Assembly (NCBI GenBank): GCA_002269645.1
Contig: NIVC01003359.1
Coordinates: 1-64,000 of the forward strand
Reading direction: 5' to 3'
DNA from: Macrostomum lignano
Lineage: Eukaryota
DNA: 64,000 nucleotides
Below the pieces are notes generated by a model that was not told the DNA's origin, made no database searches, and saw only the letters and a program-made list of their open reading frames with translations. Shown here piece by piece: positions 35,996 through 48,100 of the stretch (the first letter of the stretch is position 1; each line of letters starts with the position of its first letter). The translations under genes and the position numbers were made by a program.

Positions 35996-36974
35996 AAAAG
36001 AATCTCTACTACGAGTGATCCAATTGACCTTAAAAAGCGCGAATGATTAAAAGATGTAAAAGGTGGCTTTCTATACTTAGTATACAGTGCAGGGACTAAG
36101 ACGCCTTGAAGCCGCAGAGGTGAGAAGACAGCTCATTTAATCAGAGAGCCCGTCTCCAACCGTCCATGTCTAATAGATTTAACAGTTTTCTCATAATTTA
36201 GTTCAATGTACTATTTTAGCCTGCCTTCTGCAGAAGCAGAATGAAACAGATCTTATAAGCAGGTAGATTTTGAGCAAGATTGCTATTTACATTAACACGG
36301 CCTGGTATATGAGTCTGGGAAGCCTCATCTCTATAATAAATTGGGGTAGTTGCACAAAAGTGCACCCGAGAAGGAAGAGGCTTCCTTAGATAAGACTGAA
36401 TGCAACTGGGTATGGGGGTGCGTTGGGAAATATCCCTGATGCTGGGGAGAAAAAGAAGTGAGTTACATTCTTTCATCTGGGATAATAGTACTCCTCAAAA
36501 TTCCAAACTGTTTATCCAAATTAGTCTGTCATCTTATTGAGTTCCCACGCAAGGTTTGGCAGGTGACGAGCTGCCGAAGACTCAAAGCTGGCAGGGCTGC
36601 TGTGGGAAATTTCTACATGTAGCAACGACAGTCGACCTGAGACAGGCAGTCAGGCAGGCTGGGTGCTGGCCCATTGTCTCGCTTTTCTCCGCATTCAGTC
36701 GGGCGTTTCCTGGGCGCTTTTAGCGCTTTTTTCTCTTTCTCTGTCTCTCAGGCCAAAGAGCTAAAAGAGAGGCAGGAAGAGGGGAGCCGGTTGAAAACAA
36801 CAGACGAAAGACGAGTGCAATGGGGAATATTGGCAGAGGAAAAATCAATAAGGCATGCATGGAGGGCCTTGCCTTTCTTTGACAAAACATGCGGTCTCTG
36901 CACCCAGCCATGGTCCCTTTGTCTGAGCCGGCTGAAGGCAACTGTCTGACACCTAATATTCCCGATCAATCCAT

Positions 36975-37460
36975 TTCTCTGAGGCTAAGCTGCTCTGGGT
37001 GATTCTGTCTGATAATTGAGTGATTCTGCCTGATAACTGAGTGATTCTGCCTGATAACTGAGTGATTCTGCCTGATAACTGAGTGATTCTGCCTGATAAC
37101 TGAGTGATTCTGCCTGATAACTGAGTGATTCTGCCTGATAACTGAGTCATTCTGCCTGATAACTGAGTGATTCTGCCTGATAACTGAGTGATTCTGACTG
37201 ATAACTGAGTGATTCTGCCTGATAACTGAGTGATTCTGTCTGATAACTGAGTGATTCTGCCTGATAACTGAGTGATTCTGCCTGATAACTGAGTGATTCT
37301 GCCTGATAACTGAGTGATTCTGCCTGATAACTGAGTGATTCTGCCTGATAACTGAGTGATTCTGCCTGATAACTGAGTCATTCTGCCTAATAACTGAGTG
37401 ATTCTGCCTGATAACTGAGTGATTCTGCCTGATAACTGAGTGATTCTGCCTGATAACTGA
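36975..37460. repeat. 21-bp minisatellite (GATTCTGCCTGATAACTGAGT)n
   Basis: Direct reading. Confidence 0.95.
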
Positions 37461-37469
37461 GTGATTCTA

Positions 37470-38058
37470 CCTGATTACTGACTCAGTCTACCTGGTTACT
37501 GACTGATTACTGACTCAGTCTACCTGATTACTGACTCAATCTACCTGGTTACTGACTGATTACTGACTCAGTCTACCTGATTACTGACTCAATCTACCTG
37601 ATTACTGACTCAGTCTACCTGGTTACTGACTGATTACTGACTCAGTCTACCTGATTACTGACTCAATATACCTGATTACTGACTCAGTCTACCTGGTTAC
37701 TGACTGATTACTGACTCAGTCTACCTGGTTACTGACTGATTACTGACTCAGTCTACCTGATTACTGACTCAATCTACCTGATTATCGACTCAGTCTACCT
37801 GGTTACTGACTCAGTCTACCTGGTTACTGACTGATTACTGACTCAGTCTACCTGATTAGGGACTCAGTCTACCTGATTACTGACTCAGTCTACCTGATTA
37901 GGGACTCAGTCTACCTGATTACTGACTCAGTCTACCTGATTACTGACTCAGTCTACCTGATTAGGGACTTAGTCTACCTGGTTACTGACTCAGTCTACCT
38001 GATTAGGGACTCAGTCTACCTGGTTACTGACCGATTACTGACTCAGTCTACCTGATTA
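37470..38058. repeat. 21-bp minisatellite (TACTGACTCAGTCTACCTGAT)n with 29-bp variants
   Basis: Direct reading. Confidence 0.95.
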
Positions 38059-38879
38059 TTTGCTGACGTTGCACAGGGACTACTAAAACAGTCTCTGTTT
38101 TATAGTCCCTGGGGTCGCATAGTTTTCCTTTAATCCCGTTTGCTTTTGCGTATTTCTTGCCGAAAATTCTTTGTCGAATGTCGACTCAAATTTCTTTCAG
38201 TGTGGAAAAATTCCAACTGATTGAAGCACCGATCGGATGGATCCCGGAGATATCGCTGACCGCTGGCTTCCCAAAGAAGGAAATTTGATAGGATCATCAA
38301 TCCCTTGGGAAATTTTTCGCTAAAATCTCTGGCGATTTATTTGATTTGAAAAAATTATTTCCATAGGAAGTTTTACACCCTGTGTGAGCCTGTGTATGAG
38401 TGTGTGCCTGCGTACGGCATTGGCATGCTTGTGTGTCCTCAGGAGTCAGCGAAATGGGCAGCTTTGCCGTCAGCGATGGATGCGGGACCATGATGTCGCT
38501 CACAGAGTATCTTGTATGTCATTACCATCGATGGTCATGCTAGCTACTACTCTCTGTAGTAGTAGAAGATACTCCTCATCAATTAAATGTTACACCTTAA
38601 AATCAATCAAATCTCGAATACTTAATGGGAGTATCTACCGCAGCTGGGCAGTTTGACTTTGAATATCATTATTTAGTGTAAAAAAAACAACAAACTCAAA
38701 TTAGCGTTTTTTGTTGGTTATTGAAAAAGAAAATTTTATTGAATCTTTTTGAGTTGCATTTTGTAGAGCGTGTAGTTTGCGCAGAATTGCATTAGCTATC
38801 TATAGACGTACGGTAGCAACTGCGTAGGCTATGAAGTTATGAATAGCTGTAATACTTTTTACTGTAACCAATAATTAGA

Positions 38880-39276
38880 GCGTCGAAGATGGTGCCAAGG
38901 TTCCTCACTGACGATCAGAAATGGCTGCAGTTGAACATCGAGACATTGAGACAGTCTTTGGCCAACAGAGTTGAGCCAAGCACCTTATTCACCAGATATG
39001 GCACCGTGTGATTCCTGGCTCTTTCCCAAGGTGAAGCAGGTCCTCAAAGGATCCAGATTTGAAGACTTGGATGCCATCAAGGAGAGTGTGACAGGGGTAC
39101 TGAGGGGCATCATGAAGGAGGGCTTCCAGGGCTGCATCAGGAGCCGGAACCAGCGATTGAGGCGATGTGTTGAAAGTGGCGGCAATTACTTTGAAGGCTG
39201 CAGTTGACTGAATTTGCATTTTTTTGTTCTGAAAGTTTTTGTAGCTAAATTCTCGTTACTTTTTGGCCACACCTCG
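38880..39276 (+). mobile_element. Internally deleted, 5'-truncated mariner transposon fragment
   Basis: SKMVPRFLTDDQK (WVPRxL-like); PYSPDMAPCDSWLFPKVK..LKG.RF..GNYFEG (mariner YSPDLAP motif and C-terminus); TIR-like TTCTCGTTACTTTTTGGCCACACCTCG at 39250-39276. Confidence 0.85.
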
Positions 39277-39501
39277 CAGTAAAGGCTATTCGGTACGTAA
39301 ACAAGCAGTTTATTATGTAACTTCGTATATCTTGTGGCAGACTAACCCAAAAAATTCTACTCTAATTCATGGACAACAAAGTTAAAATGATCCGCTACAT
39401 TTAGCAATTCGTCCGAAATGTATAGCTTTTTGCAGTCAGTTTGAGCCTAGGGGCTGCTGACTCGATCCAGAGTGGCAGAACTCAAGACAACTGCTGCCCC
39501 G

Positions 39502-39914
39502 AGTCTATGGCCCAAAATTTTGACTGGTGAACAAAGACCTTAATCTTTGGAGCATTGAATCGACCTCGCATGTCTGCTAAAGGCTTACCATCGCTCTGTA
39601 ACCTACAAATCAGCAAAAAACATTAGCGAGCTGGGAAGATGAAGATAGCAACGCTAGCAACGAAACGGCTTCAGACGAGCAGGGGACGAACCAAGAACAT
39701 GGACAAAGATCAGTGATGAGATGCACAGCCTAGTCATCGAACCGGTCGGTATCGCGAAATGGACAAATATTAACGTCAAGACAGTAATGTCAATTGCTTG
39801 CATTGCTTTGCGATAATAAGAATGAAATCAAGATCCGAATAGAGGAAAATGTACTAAGTCAGTGCTCCAAAGATTAAGTCCCTGCTCACCTGTCAAAATT
39901 TTAGCCATTGGACT
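39502..39914. mobile_element. MITE-like element with ~55-bp imperfect terminal inverted repeats
   Basis: AGTCTATGGCCCAAAATTTTGACTGGTGAACAAAGACCTTAATCTTTGGAGCATTG matches the reverse complement of 39860-39914. TSD not resolved. Confidence 0.6.
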
Positions 39915-40295
39915 ATAGATTTCACAAGGATTCGTTGTTGCGTAGTGTTACCTAAGTTTTACCATAGACAAAAGCGTTGAGAAAAAATCTGTCTAGAAAA
40001 TTCCGATTAAGAAGAGCTAAGGAAGTTCGCGCTTGTCGGCACTCTCCGGTAGCATTTTTTAAACTGAATCAACCTTGGTAAAATCATTTACCAACTTTTT
40101 CAGCAAAAAACACGAGCCTTAAGTGAACCCAATTGCACCATTAGCAACATTTTTACTTTAGTTGTCAAGCTGCAAAAATGCCCTAAAGCGAGAAAATCAC
40201 AAGTTTACATGTACATGTATAAAATATCAGCACTTGGTCCCGCGTTACTGCTCATCCGCTTGCATAGCATGCTACTTTACCATTGTCCGAGTGTA

Positions 40296-41126
40296 TCAGT
40301 AGTACCTAGCGCTTGGCGTATCCGCCCTTCGGAAGAAAAATGGCCGACAAGCATACGGCCAGTTGGCCGGCCCGTCCAGTGACGTTTCGACGCCAGACGG
40401 TCGAGAGGCCCACCGGCCGAATTCGTAGCGGGCCGCCACCAGTTCATCAGTCGGCGGCATTGGACTGACAGCTTCCCGCTGCTCAAAGTCTGCCGGCTCG
40501 AGTTCGTAGCGCTCGAATCTTGAGCAGCTCTCATTCCAGCAGCAACCGTTGCCGGTGCAATCCGGTGTTGATAGCCGCGGAGTCTGCGGTGGCGAAGGCA
40601 GTTGCACAGTTCGAGCAGAATGAATTGCGGGTGGCTGCAGTGGTTGATAGTCGCGCAGCTTGCGCTCCAGGTAAGCGCGAACTCCAGCGTTTCGCTCGTC
40701 GTCCAGCTCCAACGCAGTCGGAAGGCGTGCTGCTCTTGTCGAAGTCAGCTTTGCATCCACCCTGAAGCCGTTGTCGTCGCTCCAATAGGGACTGAACTTC
40801 CTGCCGACACTTCCGACACCTACCAGACGGGGGTCTTCTATGCGCTCGTCAGCTCGGAAGTGTCGGTCGCTGTCCCACCTCGAATCAGTCGGGTAGCGAG
40901 CGGCCGTCCTGGGAGCGGCGTCGTCAGACCAGTAGTCTCGCTGATCCTCGCTGTATAGAGCGCGCCGACGACCAACAGAATCGTCGTAGTCGTCGTAGTC
41001 GTCCATCTCCATGTGCCACTTCAAAGTTTCTACAGCAGCTTCGTGCCTGGCGATAGAAGCGGCAAGACTGCGCCTCATCTTTCGATCGTCTGCCGTCGAG
41101 TCGTCGGTGTCGCGAAAAACATTCAT
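40296..41126 (-). CDS. Orphan 276-aa ORF (D/R-rich, low complexity)
   Basis: GC-rich non-repeat ORF with AT-rich flanks; no recognisable domain. Confidence 0.5.
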   Translation of the reverse strand: MNVFRDTDDSTADDRKMRRSLAASIARHEAAVETLKWHMEMDDYDDYDDSVGRRRALYSEDQRDYWSDDAAPRTAARYPTDSRWDSDRHFRADERIEDPRLVGVGSVGRKFSPYWSDDNGFRVDAKLTSTRAARLPTALELDDERNAGVRAYLERKLRDYQPLQPPAIHSARTVQLPSPPQTPRLSTPDCTGNGCCWNESCSRFERYELEPADFEQREAVSPMPPTDELVAARYEFGRWASRPSGVETSLDGPANWPYACRPFFFRRADTPSARYY

Positions 41127-44100
41127 TGCTGGCTCTGTGAAACGCGATTTGAGCTCATTTTTAGTAAATAGTAAAGTAAAACACTGGTAAGTGACGTACT
41201 GAAGTAGTTTGGATTGAATTAGTTTGGATTTTTATGACTCAACTTACCATCATACTCTACTGCTGCAGGAAGCACTTACTGTGATTAACAACACAGCTTG
41301 CTTTTTCAAAGACTTGTAAATTGCTTCAACACTGGCTGCGCTTGCTCTTATGGCATTTCTTTCTGTTTTCTTTCCGAAGGGTCTCTCTTCTTTTGGCGAA
41401 AGTTTACAAGCCCTCCCCCTCAGTGACATTCGCGGGGTTAGGCTAAGCGAGCAAGTACTCCTGCTCGTGATAACGAAAGAGAGAGAAAGGACAGAATCTA
41501 CAAAACTAACGAGTGGCTGTTATGTGGTAGAAGAAAACAAGTTCTGCTTGCTGTGCGAGGACCGAGGAGCCTTAATCGGTGCCTCTGACATGTACGCCTG
41601 AGAATGCATACAAGCTGAGACCATGTGCATGTGATACTGTGCGCATAGGTGAGGTAACTGCACATGTTATGCTCTTGATATGTTGACAAATGCATGCGTT
41701 AGGGCCAAGGACCGCTGTAGTTGATAAAAGGCAACCAAGCAGATAATTCTGATCTTTACAATATGATTTCAATGAGAGAGGTTGCTGCTGTATGGAATCA
41801 TTCTTTGTGCCGATGTCTATGACCGAATTATCAAGCTTGCTTGCCTTTTTCGTCTATGTCTATGTCTATCCTCTACGGGCAAGACTAAAGCAACTGCTGC
41901 CAAATGCTGCTCAAGTGCTCAACTTGCCTGGCAGCCCTGCAGCTGATGAGGCCCCTGCAGCCATGTCAATTTTGAGGCCCCTGCAGCCATGTCAATTTTG
42001 AGCCTGCATGTGTTCTTACCACTAGTTGACTTAGCAAAATGGCAATGACTTGACAGAAGATGCAATGAGAACTGCCAACAAGCACTGGCGGGTGACGTTG
42101 GGAGCAGAATAGGCGTTTTAGATGTATTCATTTTTGCAATTGCATTAGCTGAATTTGCTCACTCTAAACTGATGGATCTGTATATTTTCCGCTTTCTATA
42201 CAAGCTACCTCTACCTCTTTAAAAGGCATGGATCGAGCTAGCTGAATTGTGCTTTTATCTTTTTTCATTGCACTGCTGCACTCGCCGTTTTCTGTGCCTA
42301 CAGCTTCAGTGATTTATTTACCATTCAGTTATGAAAGAAAATTGATTCCTGTATCGCTGATTGGTAATTGTTTGCTTTGAATCCCGGCAAATTAAAATCC
42401 CCAAGTACGACGGGAAAGGCCGTGCTTAGAAATTTGGAATGTGCAGCTTTACCTTTTAATCGATGCATAGATGTATCATCTCACTGCAAATATGCAGGCT
42501 TTATTGAACTTGAAAACATGGAAGTTGATTTCTGGGTGCGACTAGTTGCATCAAATTATTGTTGCAATCGTTTTTTTGTAATTCAACCAGTCAATGTATT
42601 TACAATCGCTTGAATGTAAGTTGAAAGAGGTACATGTATTGCCTAGCTAGCGCGCTCAGCAATATAGAGCACAGTCAAATAGATGCTATTTTTGACATCA
42701 GCACAGTTATATACACATCCATACAGCTGGTGACTTGCCTAATTGGTCTAACGATAAGCGCCGGTGATAGAGAAATGAAGGAAATAAGAGTACAATCGAT
42801 AACATGATTAATCATTGCCGTACTAAAGAATTAAATTCTTATAACGTCTTTTTAGTTAAACCTAAATAGTTCTGACAGTTAATAATATGTTTTTATATTA
42901 TCCTAGATTTCGTTGTCATTTAGATTTGTTTTGTTATTTTGTGTCGAAAATAAAAGCGTTGTTTTTTAAGTTTTACTCTTTGCGGATCTAATACATGATA
43001 TATATCTGTTTCGAAAGTCATAGTTAGACTGGAATGCTTCTCTACTGGAGGGACGGCTTGTGCTGATTCCAGTAAGTAAGTCGTATACCTGAATAATAAA
43101 TTATAGAAACGAAACAAATTGATTTCATTGTAGATTAAATTTTAATTAAGCTAAATTAATTATATGTTAGGTTGTAGGACATCCATTCCACCATAAAATA
43201 GTTGATTTTGTGTATTAATAATATTATAGAAATTTTATAGAGTTAATCTTCAAATTAGATTATCAACACTGACTAATTCCAGAGGATTGTCTTCTTTATT
43301 CAGAGATGATCAAGGATGAAAGTATTGATGAGATATCCATTTTAAAGGTAAGAATTTTGAATAATAATGATTGAATTTAAGTCAGAATTTTATTTTTTAG
43401 AAATGGGACAAATTTTAACGAAAAATATTTTGAATATATGTTTATCTAGGGAATCGCTGGATTAGTGCTGTGTTTTCTCATACTTTTTGTTTTCTTACAA
43501 AAGTATAAAAGACATGTGAGTTTTATTGTTTTAGATATGCTTCTATTATTTTATTCACAAATATGGATCAATGATTTACTTTTACTAAATGCTTACTAAT
43601 AAGATTATTTGAAGGGGTCATTTTTTCAAATTAATAATGTACATATTAATTTTAAATTAAGTAATTGAATCTTGTAAAATAATATAATGATTGCTTAAAA
43701 TTGAAAACTTATTTAATGCTTGTAATTTTATATCTAGAATGTCTTTCAAATTTTTGTATTTCAGATCTGGTTCTTACTCTTTTGCTCCATAATCTACCAT
43801 TCAGTTTTTCTAGCTAACTGTATTGTTATTTTAGCTAACTCTTATCATTTTGATTTAAGCAAAAAGCAATTTCTTGTATCATGCTCTTCTCTTCATTTCT
43901 GCATTATCCTTACATTGTACAAGGTTCAAAAGTGCAAAATGTTCTTTTTTCTAATCCAAAGGGACATTAAACTGACTTATTTCTTGATGCAGATTTGGGC
44001 ACCCAAATATCAAATCACTCAACTGCATGATAGAGAAAGCTTCAATGTATAATTTGATTGATACAAACTAAAATATAGTTTACACCCAGGTTGAAACTAT

Positions 44101-45185
44101 CGTCAATTTCTCACACAAAACTTGATACCCTGAAATTGTGGGGCAGAGTTGGAAAACCTGCTTCAAAAGCACGCGCATCCATTCGTGTTTACTCTGAGCA
44201 TTTGTCTTGGCTGCAATTGTGCAGGTGAGACAGAAAGAGGGCTCATAGTTAGCATGGTGTTGTAGCCAGGGCGAGACAAAATTCATGCCCCTCAAATCCT
44301 GCCATTTGTTGGCCACCCGAATGGAATGCGCAACAATGATTCACTGGCGCAGGGTATAACAGGGAATGCTGAGCCTAAGAAAAACACACATACACACACA
44401 GACGCCTCTGCCCCACTATTTTTAGGCTCGCCGTCAGCCTCAGCAGTCAGCTGCAGAAGCGGTGCCAGCCGCCAACGATACCAGTGCAAGTGAGCAGGAA
44501 GATTCTTCAACTGAATCCCAGGACAGAGCTTCGCTGCCTACACTGGCTTGCGTTGGTGCGTCAAATTGCCTGCTTAACTTTAGCGAGCTCTAATTTCCTC
44601 TTACAAATATATTTGTTTATCTGTGCCAGTTTGGCCTTAACTAGCTAATTTGAATTCTTCCAAGCGTAGAAATTGGTTCGAAGTCATTCGAGTCTTCAAC
44701 AGGACTTTCGATTCAACTGGTCCCCGTTGCACTGCTGGCCTGTTCATTGGCGCTTAGCTTTAGCCGCTGCACTATTTATGGGGTAAAATGAGACGCAGCA
44801 AGTAGCCAAGACTTTTCTCTGACTGTTAAGTCACCCGGATTCTTTCTGGCCTAAGCTCAGTTTCTAGCCAAATTTGACCTAAAATGGAATGTGGAAGTGA
44901 CGAAATTTCTGGACAGCCTTTTTCCTTTTTAGCTAAATTTATTTTTCTTACCACCAAAATTTTTAGCTTGGGCATTTTCGCAGTATGCACCAATAATTAT
45001 TCATAATGGCCATAAAAGTTATTTGTATACCTCTTGGGGCTTGCCGGTTGACATAGTTTAGGATTTGCCGAATAAAACGCCAGCTCTGAAACGAAGTAAT
45101 GAGCTCTTTAATTTAAATAAATGACCGTAACTGCCTACTTGTAATAGTATATTAGAGACAATTTACCAGCTTTTATTCCGATCTA

Positions 45186-48100
45186 TTGGAATTCATTTCA
45201 GACCAGCAGCAACAAGTCGAACCTGCGATGGCCGCGCCGTCAACCTGCAGCAACGGTGGCGACGTCATGGACGACCAGAAACGCTATTTGACCTTCAGCG
45301 ACATAGCCAGTGGCATCGACCCGGAGGCCACGCCAAATCAAGCTAAATCGGTTGTACGCTCAGAGACCATCGAATTCGAGTCCAGCCTAGATTTGGACAG
45401 ATATCCGGGCTTAAGCGGCGTCGGGTCAGGCAGTAAAAGTGGCATGCTGCTCAAGGACGCCATCATGCGTCGTAGGCGCGAATCCGGAGCTAAAGTTCTC
45501 CGTCAGGAGGAAATTTCCTTCCTAGGTATCGTCCGCCGACGCGTTGAGCACACCTACCGGTCGAGCTTCCAACTACCGGACACGTCAATTGTAGCTGTGA
45601 CTCATCGCGAGGTGTATCACAGCACCGATCCGGAAGTGGAGGTAATCGTTACTCTGGCACAAGCTGCTCCATCTGGTGGGCTCAAAACCAAGATCGGCGA
45701 TGACATTAGTGTGTCTGAGTTAGCTAGAGAAAACCGTTGGGCCAGCTTGATGCTCTCTAGCGATGGTTACTATGACGACCAGCTGTGCATGATGCTGCTC
45801 GGTTGTCACCGGTCGGGCCCAGCGCACCAAGAGGAGACAGTTGTAGAGCCGAATTCATCAGCCGCCGCTGAGGCTCAAGCCGACCCAAATGTTGTTGACA
45901 CAACTCTTGCCTCGGAGATTAGCCTGCCGCATCCATTCGAGTACCAATCGATGTACGATGGAGACAAAGCCAGAAACGTTGATGAAGACGCGAAGTGGTT
46001 GATCCGGTCGATAGAGAAGCATTGGTGAGGCGAATCCTAGCTGACATTGATGCTTCGTACCGCTGCGGCTCCTGTGATTCTATTCGGCCAGACAATCGCC
46101 CAAGCGCAGTTGAAATCGGCGAGTTTTCTGTTGGCAGAGTTGGTGACCGAGCCCGGGTCATGTCAGCCTCAATGGATCACCTGGCTGTCACTGAGACTCG
46201 ATCTCGACGCCGGATGCTCGCTTTGTCAGAGCGGTCCCAGGTGGCTGAGTCAGACTCAAATTTGGCGGCAAAGGTGGCTGCCGAAAAAACTTCCGCAAAC
46301 ACTTGCCAGTTGTCTAACGCTTCGAGCTCCAGTCTTGGCTACGATTCCCACTCTTCTGTTTACAGCTCAGTAAGCCGGGTCTCCCGGAAACTTTCCATGT
46401 CTGATCGCGTCTATCTTGAGGTTCTCAGCGACGAGAGCCAATTAGTTAGCGACGGTGAAGAGAATGGCGACGATAGGAATCGATTAATCGATGCCAGACG
46501 CAAGAGTTCTCACTGCCTCCGACGTCTACATTCTCTGCTCTGGTTGATGAGCCTCATCATCAGAATCGAGAAAAGATTCAAGAGCAGCAGAACAATCACA
46601 GCAGCAACAGCAGAAGCAGCTTCAGCGCTTATCTCGGGCAGAGGTGCTCAGCATGGACAGTTTCGAAACGGCTAGTGAAAAAACCACTGAACATACAAAG
46701 GACACCGTGGACACGAGTGTAGACCAAGCGTTTACAGCGTCAGTTTATGCTCGCCGACCATCCTTGTCACTTCCCGACTCTGGCGAACTTGCTCCTGCTG
46801 CTGCGCCAGCTATTGAACAAGTTGATGGTCCCGCTAACAAGGACTATGGCGCTATAGTCCGCCAGCGAGCCAAGAAATTTGAGAGTGCTGCACCGAGGTA
46901 CGGTTCGAGGACAGCTGAAGAGCGTCGCTCATATCAGGAACTGCAGGACACCGGCGCGGTGGCGCAGACAGCCCAGGTTCACAAGGCGTACATCAAGCAG
47001 CATGAGATGCAGCCGGCTCCTGGGCAGTTTTGCCTTGATGTTGAATCTGATTCTCAGGAAAGATTTGTTTACCAACGAAACCAAGATTTGGAGAGTAAAG
47101 AAAGAGTTGACGAGATTACTCACAGTAGTAGAAGTGATCTATCAGCCATCGAACATGAGGCTATGATGATTAAAAGCAGCCTGAAATCGGCTCAAACATA
47201 TCGCAGCCGTCCAAACATAATACCATCTACCCTTGCTGGTCCGACTGCCGCTAACGAAAGTGCAGCGTCTGTCAGCAAAGGTGAACACCGAGCACAGGAC
47301 GATTTGACACAGATTCTATCCGCTAACATTGGCGATAGCTTTGCAGCAAAGGAATTGTCTTCTGTCGAAAATGCATCTTCCGTTAAGAGAGAGCAGCTTG
47401 AACCTAGCATGACTCCAAAGACGCCTGAGCCTAGCAAACAGGAGAATTTGGCGCCATTAGCATTAGAGGATACTGAAATTAGTGAAGAAAAAAGTTCCGC
47501 GGCTAAAGGCAGCACTCAAGCAACTAATATTCATCACATGATACCTACAAAGAAACCTATTTTATCGTCTCCTGTAAATAAAAAGTCCGCCTCTACTACT
47601 TCAGTTGCCGACCATCGGGGCCAAGAGGATCTGATTCAAATTCAACACACGTCAGGTACTGCCAGTGGGATTGAAATTTCAATCGTAGAAAACTCAGAAG
47701 CGACAGAAGAGACTCAGTTTAGTCCCAGCTTGTCTGAATCTGTGCTTGTTTGTCCAGCCGCTCCCAACGAAAGCATTTCTTTATCAGCAGCAACTGCAAG
47801 TCAGGAGCTAAGGGGTCAAGAAGATCTTACTTTGCATATTCCGTCAACCGTCTGCGTAGAAAATGAGATGGATAAAATTAGAAAATCAGATGAGCTAAAA
47901 CTGCTCAGCCCCAGCTTGCCAACATCTGTTCGGGTTCGACCAACGGACCCAAAGTTCAAGGGCCAGGAAAATTTTATTGCGGGTACTCAGGTTTTAAATG
48001 CCACACTAAAGGATGAAAACGAAGCTGACGAAGGCCAGTTTGGTTGCAGCTCAACATTTCCGGTTAAAGCTGTATCAAAAATTGGCTCTACATCTACATT

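Noticed and set aside
41943-42000. CTGATGAG hammerhead core next to a 26-bp tandem duplication
   Set aside because: There is no stem II closing onto GAAA and no stem I/III partners.
43450-43515. AG/GT-bounded 66-nt segment encoding a TM-like helix (GIAGLVLCFLILFVFLQKYKRH)
   Set aside because: It is plausibly a micro-exon, but I could not link neighbouring exons, and AT-rich DNA often yields hydrophobic frames.
44080-44316. Minus-strand PWLQ..SFCLTC resembling a hAT ZnF-TTF fragment
   Set aside because: Too short, with no other transposase motifs or TIRs nearby.
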